Source of the DNA: Tubiluchus corallicola
Lineage: Eukaryota > Animalia > Priapulida
DNA: 64,000 nucleotides
NCBI GenBank assembly: GCA_030141605.1
Contig: JAQGDQ010000590.1
Span: 1 to 64,000 of the forward strand
Reading direction: 5' to 3'
Positions 36,671 to 49,243 of this stretch are shown in pieces. A program made the position numbers and the translations under genes. The notes below the pieces were generated by a model, which saw only the letters and a program-made list of their open reading frames with translations, was not told the origin of the DNA and searched no databases. Position 1 is the first letter of the stretch, and each line of letters opens with the position of its first letter.

Positions 36671-39335
36671 TTTGGTAAGATCATGACAACGGTGACGAAA
36701 AACCATCTGATTGTGTAAGCTAAAGCATATAAGAATTATTGAGTTATGGCATTAAATGAAGCAGTTGAACAATGCTTTGACAAGCAGCTTATAGTATATT
36801 ATTTTCATAGCTTCAATTTTGCAATTTGGAGTTTTTCGAACATTCAAAAGAAACCTTTTTCACCCGTGAAGCAAGCAGGCACTTTTATTCAAGTCGTGTT
36901 TATTTTGGTGATTCGTTCAGTACGTGACCTTATTCATATTTGCTTGTAGCTGTGTACGTTTCTCAAAATTGCACTAAAACTGTTGTCTTAGTTGATTATA
37001 ACCATTTTGCAATGATGCCTGCAGCAGTTTACTCTATTTAGAACTATTTGCAGTTCAAATTTAAGATACTGTTAGAAGCAGAAGAGAACATTCTTTGCCA
37101 GAAAGCGATTTCGAATAAAGCCGAATTTTGGAATTGTGTTCAAATTCAGTTTTAAAGATTTTCGAATGAATTTTTGAATCACTAATAAAAAGCACTCTCA
37201 CGAAGATCGTGCATATTACTTGATTTTGTTCTGCAGTAAAAACACTAATAATTTGCTGAAAAAAATTTGCACAGAAGTCACACATCTTAGTTGTGCTGAT
37301 TGCATGATGTTTCGAGTGTTTTAGTGATAAAGAATGTATGTGGTTGAAGTGCTGAGTCTGTAATTTTAGGTTCGAATCGAATTTAAAAAAAATTCCATCG
37401 AATTGACTTCGAACTCCAATGTTCACCCCTAATTATGGATTCTGAATAATTCTGATTTTGCAATGTAATGCTGTCAAATGATTATTTTGGTTACCACATC
37501 ACAAAAAATAGTTGATGGCAAAATTTTCCTTGTTGTACCAAGTGAAACGTAAATAAAAAATCAATTTTCTTTGTGGTCATGTCTGTTGAATATTAGAGTG
37601 TCTAATTATTGCAAGTGTCTAGATTGTCTACGTGAACGTGTTAAATATTTAAACAAGTCGTTTTTTCTTTCTATGTTTACTGTGTGATTTCCTTTTTTAA
37701 CTAAAGGTCTTCGTGCTACGGCTGTAATTTATAGACACGTTTTCATCTTTGTCAACGCTTGTTTTCAGCTCCGTTTTATACACGTGGCTATCGTGTTTCT
37801 CCAGACGATTCGTCGAAACTCGTTTTTCAAATCCAAACCATATGCAAACGACAGGCAGCTTTAAGAGAATTCGTGCTTGTGTGTAGAATTACTTGCTGGC
37901 ATTAGTGACGTTTGCCCGAGGTTAAAACCAGGTCGTAGACGCGTGAATATTTTAGACTAGAGTTTATGCACTGCAGCTGGTTGCTCTGACTTTGTGCTGT
38001 CTAACCGCGGAATGTAACGAAAGTTGTTTTGAGAATTAATTTTGAAAACTTGTGCGCCGTTTAACGAAAGCTAATCATGAGAATTGTGTTGGTCTGCGAG
38101 ATTTCAGACGATCCCTGTGAGAATAGAGAAATTTCACTGTAACAACTTTTCGGCTTGGTTATCAGATCTCGAGGAGTTTTACTGCAGCTACGTGCGCGTA
38201 ATATAACTATAGGAGCTGTTATTAACGATAACGAGTGCCTTGTACGTGTTGCTAGCACACTCACGGCGAGATGAACTTGAACTTTTCATGACGTGAACGT
38301 GCGTGGCGTCGGTTTACTACTGAAATAATTATCAATCATAGTCCCGCGAGCTATAACTCTTTTCCCAGTGGGGATAGAAACTGTTACCAGAGCGAAATCA
38401 ATACCGAAACGGCAGTGATCGTGATTGAGGGGAATTCGAGGTAGAGTCGTTAGGCGCTTTGTTGGCAATCGCGTCCTGTCGTTTTGGCGAAATTGGCTGC
38501 CAAATGGGCGGAGTTTTGCCGTATCGCTTGGTCGAGTTGTTGTTTATGACTGTCGTAGGTGTGATTGTGTACACGTTCGTTGCGTATATGATGTTCTTGC
38601 GAAGGTTAGTGAATGAGTCATAGGTGTTAGAACGTACGCTGGTTGTCGTAGTCATCAGCGAGGGCAGTGTTGTCGCGTGGTTACTGGTCATACGTTACAA
38701 GAAAACGGTGCGTCATTTTGGTTGAACGCTTTCCTGGCGGGCAGTCATTGCTCGCGCATGCTCAGTTTGGTGAAGCGGTCGGTTGTTAACAAAACTGTGC
38801 TTTCTCGTATTCTAAACGACTGCCTCGCGTGCGTTGCTGCAGTATTACGCTCTCGTTTAGTCGCCGTTGGATAATTGATCCGAGTACGGAATAATAAGTC
38901 GGATTTGTGCTTGCTGTCTATTGAGCAGCTAGAGTCTTCTGTTTGCTTTGTGAGACAGCTGTATTTGAGGGGCGTCCTGCGATGAGGTCACTCCCCCGCC
39001 CAGTGCAAACAGAACTTTGATGTTTTGTGTAATCTTAGCAAAAAGTCTGAAGTTATATCTCCGTGTGTAAACTAAACTAGTGTGTGTTTAGTTTAACTGT
39101 GTCCGCGTGGCTTTTGTAGATTGCGTTCTCTTGCAAAGTTCGCAAAGTTATGTTACGGTTCTGCGTTGTACGTGCCCGTGCGGCACCGGCAGAGTAAATG
39201 GCATCGTCATTTCGCGAGAAGTTCGAAGCCATCTCTCAAAACCACGGGCTAACTGGAATATTTTTCTGTGTCAAGTGTCTTTCTGAAGCGGTGGACAGTA
39301 ACGCCAAAGGACCGATACTTTGCAATCACAGAGCA

Positions 39336-40457
39336 ATGGGTAATGGTATGAATAAGATCCTTCCCGGCCTCTTCATCGGCAACTTCAGGGACTCGAAGGA
39401 CGAACGACAGCTGGAGGAGAATAATATCACTCACATCGTTTCCATCCACGACAACGCAAAGCCTTTACGTGAGGACAGGACGTATCTCTGCATTTCTGCA
39501 TCGGACGTTCCCGGGCAGGACATATCACAACACTTCACCGAGTGTTTCGATTTCATCCACACCGCGCGGCTATCCGGCGGTGCGGTACTCATTCACTGCC
39601 TAGCCGGAGTGTCGCGGAGCGTCACAGTTGCCGTGGCGTATGTGATGAGCGTCACCACCCTCGGATGGAAAGAGGCCTTGTTTGCGGTCCGCCAAGCTCG
39701 AACATGCGCCAACCCAAACTTTGGTTTTAAGCGTCAGTTGCATGATTTTGAGACAAACTACGTAGAGGAGCAGCGTGAGCGGATTAGGGAAGCGTTTCCC
39801 GAAAACAATCTAGATGACGAGTCATATTGCCGCAATTTGCTGAAAGAGTTCAGTCAGCGGTCATTTTCACCTTTCGGCTACACAGAAGACATGAATTTCT
39901 GTTTAGAACCTAAGGTACCAACTGCAGAGACATTGCAGTCTACTTTTGCTCAATTTCCGGCCAAAACTTGTCCCCACGTTGCGAAGGACAATCTTTCCGG
40001 TGGTGTTACGTCATCACGGTCACAACCAGCCACGCCCATATCATCTCAAAATAATCAGAATGGCATCGATAACGAAGATGACATTAGCAAGGTTAAAAGT
40101 GCCCCGGCATGTGTAGCTGTAAAAAATAATTTCACGTACAATACACAAGGTGACAACGACGTTAAAGAAGTTCACGCAAACATTGCGGAACAAAAACTTG
40201 ATCTTAAACGTGTGCCGTGTTCAGATTTATCAAGCGAATTGAAATGTAATACATGTGATAGTGGTGGTCTAAACCAAAATGTTGACACTTTGACAAAACT
40301 TCGTATAACTGACGCTTCAAGCCACAGCGAAAAGGTTGTAAAAGATTATGGAACAGGTGCTGAGGACTTGACAGACTCAAACAATGGCAATGTGAGCCCG
40401 CCATCCTTTAGTCGTCAAGGGATCAGTGATGCCGTTAACGAAGCAGTTGAGCATTAG
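39336..40457 (+). CDS. DUSP22: Dual-specificity phosphatase DUSP22/DUSP15-like, intronless, with about 190-aa low-complexity C-tail; ORF open upstream to ATG 39198
   Basis: MGNGMNKILPGLFIGNF N-terminus (myristoylation Gly2), catalytic HCLAGVSRS, AYVM and R..ANPNFGF..QL motifs. Confidence 0.93.
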   Translation: MGNGMNKILPGLFIGNFRDSKDERQLEENNITHIVSIHDNAKPLREDRTYLCISASDVPGQDISQHFTECFDFIHTARLSGGAVLIHCLAGVSRSVTVAVAYVMSVTTLGWKEALFAVRQARTCANPNFGFKRQLHDFETNYVEEQRERIREAFPENNLDDESYCRNLLKEFSQRSFSPFGYTEDMNFCLEPKVPTAETLQSTFAQFPAKTCPHVAKDNLSGGVTSSRSQPATPISSQNNQNGIDNEDDISKVKSAPACVAVKNNFTYNTQGDNDVKEVHANIAEQKLDLKRVPCSDLSSELKCNTCDSGGLNQNVDTLTKLRITDASSHSEKVVKDYGTGAEDLTDSNNGNVSPPSFSRQGISDAVNEAVEH

Positions 40458-42144
40458 GCTCAGTGGTCACTTAGCGTCTGTTCAAGCTCCGTATGGTTGT
40501 TATATTGCGTGCTTTGTGTTTGCAATGGTCTGTAAATATTTCTACTTGTCGGCTTTAAATGGCTTGGCGTGTATGTAGGCCTGTAGTTGTCTGTTTTACG
40601 ACTCTTGTGTTTAAATCTGCGTAAACCACACAGATCGCCGAGAGAAGCTTTTGCGTTAACTGCCATTTTTGTAATATAAGAATGCACTTTGTGTAGGGTT
40701 TATTACATATCCCAATTCTACTCTTATTCCAAACTCCTTTGATAGTCTTTGACTTTGAGTATAACATATTTATATGTTAGCATAAGTATTATGTTAGAAG
40801 CGTGCTATGAAAATTCATTGCATTCAGTTTCTAATGCATAAAGATTTAGATTTTTTCCTGTCAGCATAGTTTCCTTAGGTTGTTGCCTTCTTGAAATTCC
40901 GACTTCAACTATCAGTTAATCTCAAATACAATTTTTGTTTTTCTTTTTGTCTGTTTCTGGAAAGGCAAGAGCCGCAAGTTTTTCAAAATTGGTTCGTCAT
41001 CGTTGCTATCTTAGAAATTACGGCATCGTATTAAATAGCTTGATTATCTTGGCTGATTTAAAATATGTCCTCGTATGATTTTGTAGGCTTTCACTACAAT
41101 CTGCTTCAAGCTGTTTAGAATTTTAGTAAGTTAAATGAATCATTTTTTCAAAATATAACATTTTGAAAATCTTGCATGAATTCACTAGTAGCTGATAGGT
41201 GGCTCTGATTAAGTGTGTCATACTAAGGAGAGAATTCATACGGCTGTGCTACTTTAAACAAGTCTTTCAAATTTCAAATTGTAGAGCAACCTGCCAGGCA
41301 AGCAGGGTTAAAATTCTGGTTGGTTTGCACTGTTTAAGTCTTATTCTTTAATTAATTAGGTTAAGCTAATTTTTTTAAACACAATGTCTTTCCTACTGGG
41401 TGTGTGTTACGCAGGTTTATACACAGATTTAAGGCTGTCATGTTGTGTGCCTATTTTTCTATTTTTTTACTGCTTTGGTAAAAGTTTACTCATTGATTTT
41501 TACTATGACATTTTGATGATCACATCAGTGCAGTCTGTATCAGGCCAGTAAAAGTTGTTTATGTAGTTTGTTTGTTTTTCTTCCTAAGTGATATGTCAAG
41601 TGAAAATGACTTTCGAGTGCTGATATGCTGTAAAAGTTAAGTTTCCACATACTAAGATTTCATTGCTTTTTCAGTTAATGATTAGTACGACAAACCGACG
41701 ATAAAGCCGACAAGTACGATGATATTAAAATGCCCGAATGTTGTTATTTGTTGGTATGCATTTGTATTTCTCTTTGAAAAAAGCGAAACTTTTCTAGAAT
41801 TTTCGAATTTACATGATGACCTGTGTTTCTAATGTATCTGTGAGCACTAGGGTTTTACATTGTGTTTCTAATCCTTAGTACACCACAAATGAATAAGTGC
41901 TGTCAAACCTCTCAATAATGCCTATTTTGGGCCTGCAAAGAAGGCTGCATTAAAGCGAGGTTGGCACTGTAAAGACGTAAGAACGAAGTTTGATTGTATT
42001 AATGTTGATGCCAGGTAGATGTGTCGTCTTGCCTCATTGTATATATATTTCTAAGTAATGTTTTGTCTCTGGATGACTGAGCATTTCATCTTGCACGTTA
42101 AACAGCAAACCAACACCCAGGGGAATGTCAAAGTTTTTTGCTTC

Positions 42145-42745
42145 CCTGCTTCGTAGAACAGCTTTTGACCGCGTCTCAGCTTCGCAGAACAGCTTTTGAC
42201 CGCATCAGCTTCATAGAACAGCTTTTGACCGCATCCCAGCTTTGCAGAACAGCTTTTGACCACATCTCAGCTTCGTAGAACAGCCTCTGACTGCATCCCA
42301 GCTTTGCAGAACAGCTTTTGACCGCATCCCAGCTTTGCAGAACAGCTTTTGACCGCATCCCAGCTTTGCAGAACAGCCTTTGACCGCATCTCAGCTTCGT
42401 AGAACAGCTTCTGACCATATGCCAGCTTTGCAGAACAGCTTCTGACCACATGCCAGCTTTGCAGAACAGCCTTTGACCGCATCTCACCTTTGCAGAACAG
42501 CCTTTGACCGCATCTCACTTTTGCAGAACAGCCTTTGACCGCATTCCAGCTTTGCAGAACAGCTTCTGACTGCATCTCACCTTTGCAGAACAGCCTTTGA
42601 CCGCATCTCACTTTTGCAGAACAGCTTTTGACTGCATCCCAGCTGTGCAGAACAGCATTTGACCGCATCCCAGCTTCGTAGAACAGCTTCTGACCACATC
42701 CCAGATTTACAGAACAGTGTTTGACTGCATCCCAACTTTACAGAA
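42145..42745. repeat. 32-bp minisatellite (cagctttgcagaacagcttttgaccgcatccc)n, about 19 units
   Basis: Direct inspection. Confidence 0.95.
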
Positions 42746-42762
42746 GACGTCAACCTCTATAC

Positions 42763-43166
42763 TAGGGGTGTTTCAAAAAACCTTGGAATCACATTGGGAT
42801 TTATGAGACTTGACCTAACTAAGAAAATGCCCAATTTTAATTTTGTTTGAGTAATGAAAATTTCACTTGTGCAGTTTTGTCAAAATTTGATAAGCAGCAT
42901 GTGTTGCCGATAGTCAAATTAAAAAATTAACAAAGCAGTTTCTTATTTCAGTCAAATCTCTTAAAAAATATCTGAGTGATTCCAATTAATTATTGATTTT
43001 TCCTTTATTTTATGCTGATTGTTATTATGTGTAATTATTTCCACTTTCAACCAAAGTTTGACATCTAAGTAGAAGGTGTTTCCATTACTTAGAATTAAAA
43101 TTGGGCATTTTCTTAGGTCAAGTGTCATAAATCCATCAACGAAGAAGTTTTCTTCGAACCACCCTA
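42763..43166. mobile_element. hAT-like MITE with perfect 8-bp TSD CTCTATAC
   Basis: ctctatac|TAGGGGTGTTTC...GAACCACCCTA|ctctatac; internal inverted segment ttgacctaa..gaaaatgcccaattttaatt. Confidence 0.85.
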
Positions 43167-43364
43167 CTCTATACCGCCCACCACTAACAAATTAATTGTA
43201 AGAATTCAGTATTTTCATACCTGTTTTCATGCTTTTGTCTTTCCATGATGAAGCACATTTTGGTCTTTACCTTAAGCAGCCACCAGTCCTGTTTGTGGTA
43301 ATTTATCTAAGAGAATAGAACCTTGCAGACTACTGTTAAGTTTTTTCTTATTGTACCTGAAATG

Positions 43365-43880
43365 TGCTGTTTTCTCCTGCTATGGCTTACTTTTTACAAG
43401 TCATTTAGTATGTATGTGAAATACTGAAGCAGTATGGGAAATCTTTTATACCGTATTAAGGTTTTTGTCATTGTTGGTAGTTTCGTACCCCGAATTGTGT
43501 TGTATTCTCCCGCTATGGCTTACTTCTCGTGAGTCTTTTAGTATGTATGTGAAATAGTGAAACAATATGGGAAATCTTTTCTATTTTAATAAGTTTTTTG
43601 TTGTTATTGATAGTTCCGTACCCCGAATTGTGTCGTGGCCTCCTGCTCCGGCTTACTTTTTGCAGGTCTCATTGTATATATATATATATATATATATACG
43701 AAATATATATATGAAATACTTAAGCAGTATGGGTAACCTTTTCTACTGTATTAAGTTTGCTGTTGTTGTTGTTGGTGTTGTTGTTAACAGTTTCGTACTC
43801 AAATTATGTTATATTTTCCTGCTTTGGCTTGCTTAAAACTCCCAAGCCATTTAGTACATGTATATAAAATACTGAAACAA
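43365..43880. repeat. Degenerate tandem repeat, unit about 130-160 bp, 3-4 copies
   Basis: Recurring ggcttacttt...gtgaaatactgaagcagtatgggaaatctttt...ttcgtaccccgaattgtg. Confidence 0.7.
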
Positions 43881-44504
43881 GCAAGGCAAATATTTTCTAG
43901 CATGTTTTAATGGGATTCGAAAACTTTAATGTTATTACTGAGAAATGTAACGTGTAGCATGTATCTTTTCTACTAAGTTTTTATGCCACCACCATGATAA
44001 TTTATCACGTGCAAAAGAAGGCATGAAACTACTTCGTTAGTTATCTTCGGAAACTCAAGTTTATTTGTTTGTTTGTAAAGTTGATTGTTTGTGACATATC
44101 AGCTACTTTTATTTACAATGATTACATTTTTTGTAATTTTGCGGATTTGCTAGAATTGAGTTTAGTGAACGATTTTTTTATTTGAATAAAAACACACTGT
44201 TGTACAGCTTTATATCACGAGAAATCTTTTTGAGTGAGGAAGAGCAGTAGACAAGTCCACAAAAGCCATAAATTTTCAAGTTGTGAAATCTTTTTCATTC
44301 ATCCATATTTAATTTATTTTCACATTGACATACAGTAATAAAATTCAAGATGTAATGTAGACAGTACTGAGTAAAAAGCATCTACAAATTTTGCCGTATT
44401 ACATGAAAATTTGCACATCTTTTCTCGCCGAGGAATGACTTACACCAGATATGTCAAATGGTCTGTTGTCTCACATTTGATAGTTCCTCTTCATAAAGAG
44501 AGTG

Positions 44505-45888
44505 ATTCCAGTCTAGCTATGACTTTGTACATTCCAGTCCTGCTACAACTGTGTACATTCCAGTCTTGCTGCGACTGTGTTCATTCCAGTCTTGCTGCGA
44601 CTGTGTACATTCCAGTCTTGCTGCGACTGTGTACATTCCAGTCTTGCTGCGACTGTGTACATTCCAGTCTTGCTGCGACTGTGTTCACTCCAGTGTGCTA
44701 CGACTGTATACATTCCAGTCTTGCTACGACTGTGTTCATTCCAGTCTTGCTACAACTGTGTACATTCCAGTCTTGCTGCGACTGTGTTCATTCCAGTCTG
44801 CTACGACTGTGTACATTCCAGTCTTGCTACAATGTGTACATTCCAGTCTTGCTACAACTGTGTACATTCCAGTCTTGCTGCGACTTTGTTCATTCCAGTC
44901 TCGCTACGACTGTGTACATTCCTGAATGGCTACGACTGTGTACATTCCAGTCTTGCTATGACTGTGTACATTCCAATCTTGCTACGACTGTGTACATTCC
45001 AGTCTTGCTACGACTGTGTACATTCCAATCTTGCTACGACTGTGTACATTCCAGTCTTGCTACGACTGTGTTCATTCCAGTCTTGCTACAACTGTGTACA
45101 TTCCAGTCTTGCTGCGACTGTGTTCATTCCAGTCTGCTACGACTGTGTACATTCCAGTCTTGCTACAATGTGTACATTCCAGTCTTGCTACGACTGTGTA
45201 CATTCCAGTCTTGCTGCGACTTTGTTCATTCCAGTCTTGCTACGACTGTGTACATTCCTGAATGGCTACGACTGTGTACATTCCAGTCTTGCTATGACTG
45301 TGTACATTCCAGTCTTGCTACGACTGTGTTCATTCCAGTCTTGCTACGACTGTGTACATTCCAGTCTTGCTACAACTGTGTACATTCCAGTCTTGCTACG
45401 ACTGTGTACATTCCAGTCTTGCTGCGACTTTGTTCATTCCAGTCTTGCTACGACTGTGTACATTCCTGAATGGCTACGACTGTGTACATTCCAGTCTTGC
45501 TATGACTGTGTACATTCCAATCTTGCTACGACTGTGTACATTCCAGTCTTGCTACGACTGTGTTCATTCCAGTCTTGCTACGACTGTGTACATTCCAGTC
45601 TTGCTGCGACTGTGTTCATTCCAGTCTTGCTACAACTGTGTACATTCCAGTCTAGCTACAACTGTGTACATTCTAGTCTTGCTACGACTGTGTACATTCC
45701 AGTCTAGCTACGACTGTGTACATTCCAGTCTTGCTACGACGGTGTTCATTCCAGTCTTGCTACGACTGTGTTCATTCCAGTCTTGCTGCGACTGTGTACA
45801 TTCCAGTCTAGCTACAATTGTGTACATTCCAGTCTAGCTACAACTGTGTACATTCCAGTCTAGCTACAACTGTGTACATTCCAGTCTG
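44505..45888. repeat. 26-bp minisatellite (tgtgtacattccagtcttgctacgac)n, about 53 units
   Basis: Direct inspection; variant units (cctgaatggc) recur at 44921, 45257, 45465. Confidence 0.97.
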
Positions 45889-46489
45889 TCTACAACTCAC
45901 TAAGTATGCAATACGTAGGAGTATTGAATTCGAGTTTGCACAAAGTGCCATTCTGTGTAAAAATGAAGTAAGTATAGTGGCAAAGACAAAACTTAATACT
46001 CTGCAGTTCTAATCTGAAAAATAAAATTTTAGTTAAGCAATGGCAAGCTATTAACTTTTATAGTCAGGATTAGGAAATAGAAATGTGGAGTTTTTTTATA
46101 TACCCCAACCAACTAACAAGCACTCTCCTAGCAACACACAGTTGCCACATGGTGCATTTCAAACAAACAAACCATTGCGCATTTGATGTATTAAATTTAA
46201 CAAGCTAATGTAGTCAGTACATTGACAACAGCTGCGACATCTGGTGGGGAAACGCACGTAAATAAACACGAGGCGAAGTTGAGCTTTACATTCATAAGAA
46301 ATGGTGAATTTTGTCAGAACTTAATTTAAAATATTTCTGCTCTCTGGAAACCTGCCACTTACTATATATATGCGTTTTAAATCTCATAATATTTAAGCAA
46401 TCGATACTGAGATGTTCAGCTGCTGCTGCTGCCAATCTGCAGATGAAGAAGCTGGCAGTTCACTGAGTGAACAAGTCAGTTCTCATTCG

Positions 46490-47705
46490 CTTTCTGTGTT
46501 ATTGTGTCCCTTGACTTCTGGAATCAAAGCTAATGCTTTTCTCTCACTGCTTCCTGGTGTTTTTCTGTGTCATTGTGTCCCTTGACTTCTGGAATCAAAG
46601 CTAATGCTTTTCTCTCACTGCTTCCTGGTGTTTTTCTGTGTCATTGTGTCCCTTGACTTCTGGAATCAAAGCTAATTCTTCCACTGCTTTCTGGTGTTTT
46701 TCTGTGTCATTGTGTCCCTTGACTTCTGGAATCAAAGCTAATTCTTCCACTGCTTTCTGGTGTTTTTCTGTGTCATTGTGTCCCTTGACTTCTGGAATCG
46801 AAGCTAATTCTTCCACTGCTTCCTGGTGTTTTTCTGTGTCATTGTGTCCCTTGACTTCTGGAATCAAAGCTAATTCTTCCACTGCTTCCTGGTGTTTTTC
46901 TGTGTCATTGTCTCCCTTGACTTCTGGAATCAAAGCTAATTCTTCCACTGCTTCCTGGTATTTTTCTGTGTCATTGTGTCCCTTGACTTCTGGAATCAAA
47001 GCTAATTCTTCCACTGCTTCCTGGTGTTTTTCTGTGTCATTGTCTCCCTTGACTTCTGGAATCAAAGCTAATTCTTCCACTGCTTCCTGGTATTTTTCTG
47101 TGTCATTGTGTCCCTTGACTTCTGGAATCAAAGCTAATTCTTCCACTGCTTCCTGGTGTTTTTCTGTGTCATTGTCTCCCTTGACTTCTGGAATCAAAGC
47201 TAATTCTTCCACTGCTTCCTGGTATTTTTCTGTGTCATTGTGTCCCTTGACTTCTGGAATCAAAGCTAATTCTTCCACTGCTTCCTGGTGTTTTTCTGTG
47301 TCATTGTCTCCCTTGACTTCTGGAATCAAAGCTAATTCTTCCACTGCTTCCTGGTATTTTTCTGTGTCATTGTGTCCCTTGACTTCTGGAATCAAAGCTA
47401 ATTCTTCCACTGCTTCCTGGTGTTTTTCTGTGTCATTGTCTCCCTTGACTTCTGGAATCAAAGCTAATTCTTCCACTGCTTCCTGGTATTTTTCTGTGTC
47501 ATTGTGTCCCTTGACTTCTGGAATCAAAGCTAATTCTTCCACTGCTTCCTGGTGTTTTTCTGTGTCATTGTCTCCCTTGACTTCTGGAATCATAGCTAAT
47601 GTCTTTGTTCCACTGCTTTTTGATGCTTTTCTGTGTCATTTGTCCCTTGACTTCTGGAAGCAAAGCTAATGTCTTTCTTCCATTTCTGCCTGATGCTTTT
47701 CTGAG
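46490..47705. repeat. 66-bp minisatellite, about 18 units, central part a 132-bp two-unit higher-order repeat
   Basis: tggaatcaaagctaattcttccactgc... every 66 bp; alternating tgtctccc/ggtg and tgtgtccc/ggta units. Confidence 0.97.
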
Positions 47706-47899
47706 AAATCATATTGACAACACAACTCAGCTACTTGGTGGATATAGAGGACGGAAGAAAAGAGCCAGGTGTGGGTGGGTGGGTGTTGATTTGACAAAAG
47801 ATGGTAATGTGTACCAAATGTAAATGAATGGTCCATGAGTTGGAACATCTTAAGATTTCTCTTTATTGATTTCTAAAGGCAAAGACATAAAGACAACAA

Positions 47900-48070
47900 A
47901 CAACACTTATGGCACTAACGGCTATATATTTTTCACTTATAATACATATTAGGACGCAAGAAACAACGCATAACTTTTAGGTACATGCTCTGGCGTTGGC
48001 AGCCGCTAGTCTCGAACTCAAGGCAGCATGGTTGCAGTCCGAAGTCTAGACCACTCGGCCACCCAATCAG
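47900..48070 (-). mobile_element. tRNA-derived SINE head (second family)
   Basis: - strand gattgggtggccgagtggtctagacttcggactgcaacc...gagttcgagactagc has A box TGGCCGAGTGG and B box GTTCGAGAC but no proper cloverleaf. Confidence 0.6.
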
Positions 48071-49223
48071 GACAATCCCATCCTAAATGCCAATACTGCT
48101 TGGAGTGTTCCTTTTGCTGGACCTTCTTGAAGGTAGTTTAAGCCTGGACAATCTTTGACGCATGAAATCTGCTTTTAGTATGTCCATTTTTTCTCTCGGG
48201 CTTCGCATCTGTGGAATTCTGACCAGAAAATTGTTTCCTTGTAAAAGTACATTATCCCACCGTTTGAAGTAGAAATTATACACCGACGCCTTCCATCAAT
48301 TGCATGTGACGAGTATTTTGATTTTCTGGACCTTATTACGTTTTCAGTATTCTGCTATAGCCACTTTCTGACTGTACCATGACTTACTTTTTCAAGAACG
48401 TCGTTAATAACTGTTTTTGCTAATAAAAATTGAAAACGTTTATATAGATAATACAAGAAATGAAAAACATATTTTGAAAATAAGAAATAAGATCATCGTT
48501 AGTGTCAAAAACGTGTTCTCTGACATTCTGCTTGTGAAAATGCAAGCCTATAATGTTTTTCACTACGGCCAACTCGTAAACAAACTGGTACCAATTCCAT
48601 TAGCTCCTACTGAATTAGAACACTTATTTATGTTTATTTTTATAATGTCATTATTTCCAAGCGCAAGAAAACACTCTTCATCAATAAAGCATGAAAATTC
48701 CCCAGTTACGTGCTGTCTCATTGCATATTGGGCTTGGATTAGCAGTAACGCTGTGTAAAACTTATAAATTTATGAGACGCAGCCGTTTTAACGGTAGATC
48801 GTTTTAAACAAATTTCGATAAAGTTGCATAAAAATTTGAAAAAATAATCAGAGCTTTCAGTTCATTTACTAAGCAAAAGTACGAATTACTTTATCTTGTC
48901 AATATGATTAGTAAGGTGTTTTTGGTGAACCAGCGATGCATATTGGGATGGTGAAACGATGACGTTTTTCCTTCTTGCGCGAACATTTTAACTTACTGTA
49001 TTAAGATTTCCTTTTCTTGGTAAGTAAGTCTATCAAAAAGGTGAGCGCAAAGCTGAGATAGCTTTGTACGGGAAGCTTCCCGGGGACTCTTCCCGTTTAA
49101 TACACCAGTCCTACAGTTACAGCTGTTGCTATTATATCAGCCGCAGCTTGTGGCTTTGTTAACAAGTTGAAGCCTTTTCCATGTTTGCATCCAGCTCTAT
49201 GACAACCAGCGCTGGAATTATCA

Positions 49224-49243
49224 CCGGTTGCCATGGCAACCGG
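49224..49243. promoter_or_regulatory. Perfect RFX X-box palindrome (CCG GTTGCCATGGCAAC CGG)
   Basis: Exact consensus GTTGCCATGGCAAC at 49227-49240 within a 20-bp palindrome. Confidence 0.6.

Noticed and set aside
44411-46012. 352-376 aa Cys-rich ORFs
   Set aside because: 26-bp unit cycles through all frames; open only because the unit lacks stops.
47995-48070. tRNA-Cys gene
   Set aside because: A and B boxes present but acceptor and anticodon stems do not pair; treated as SINE head.
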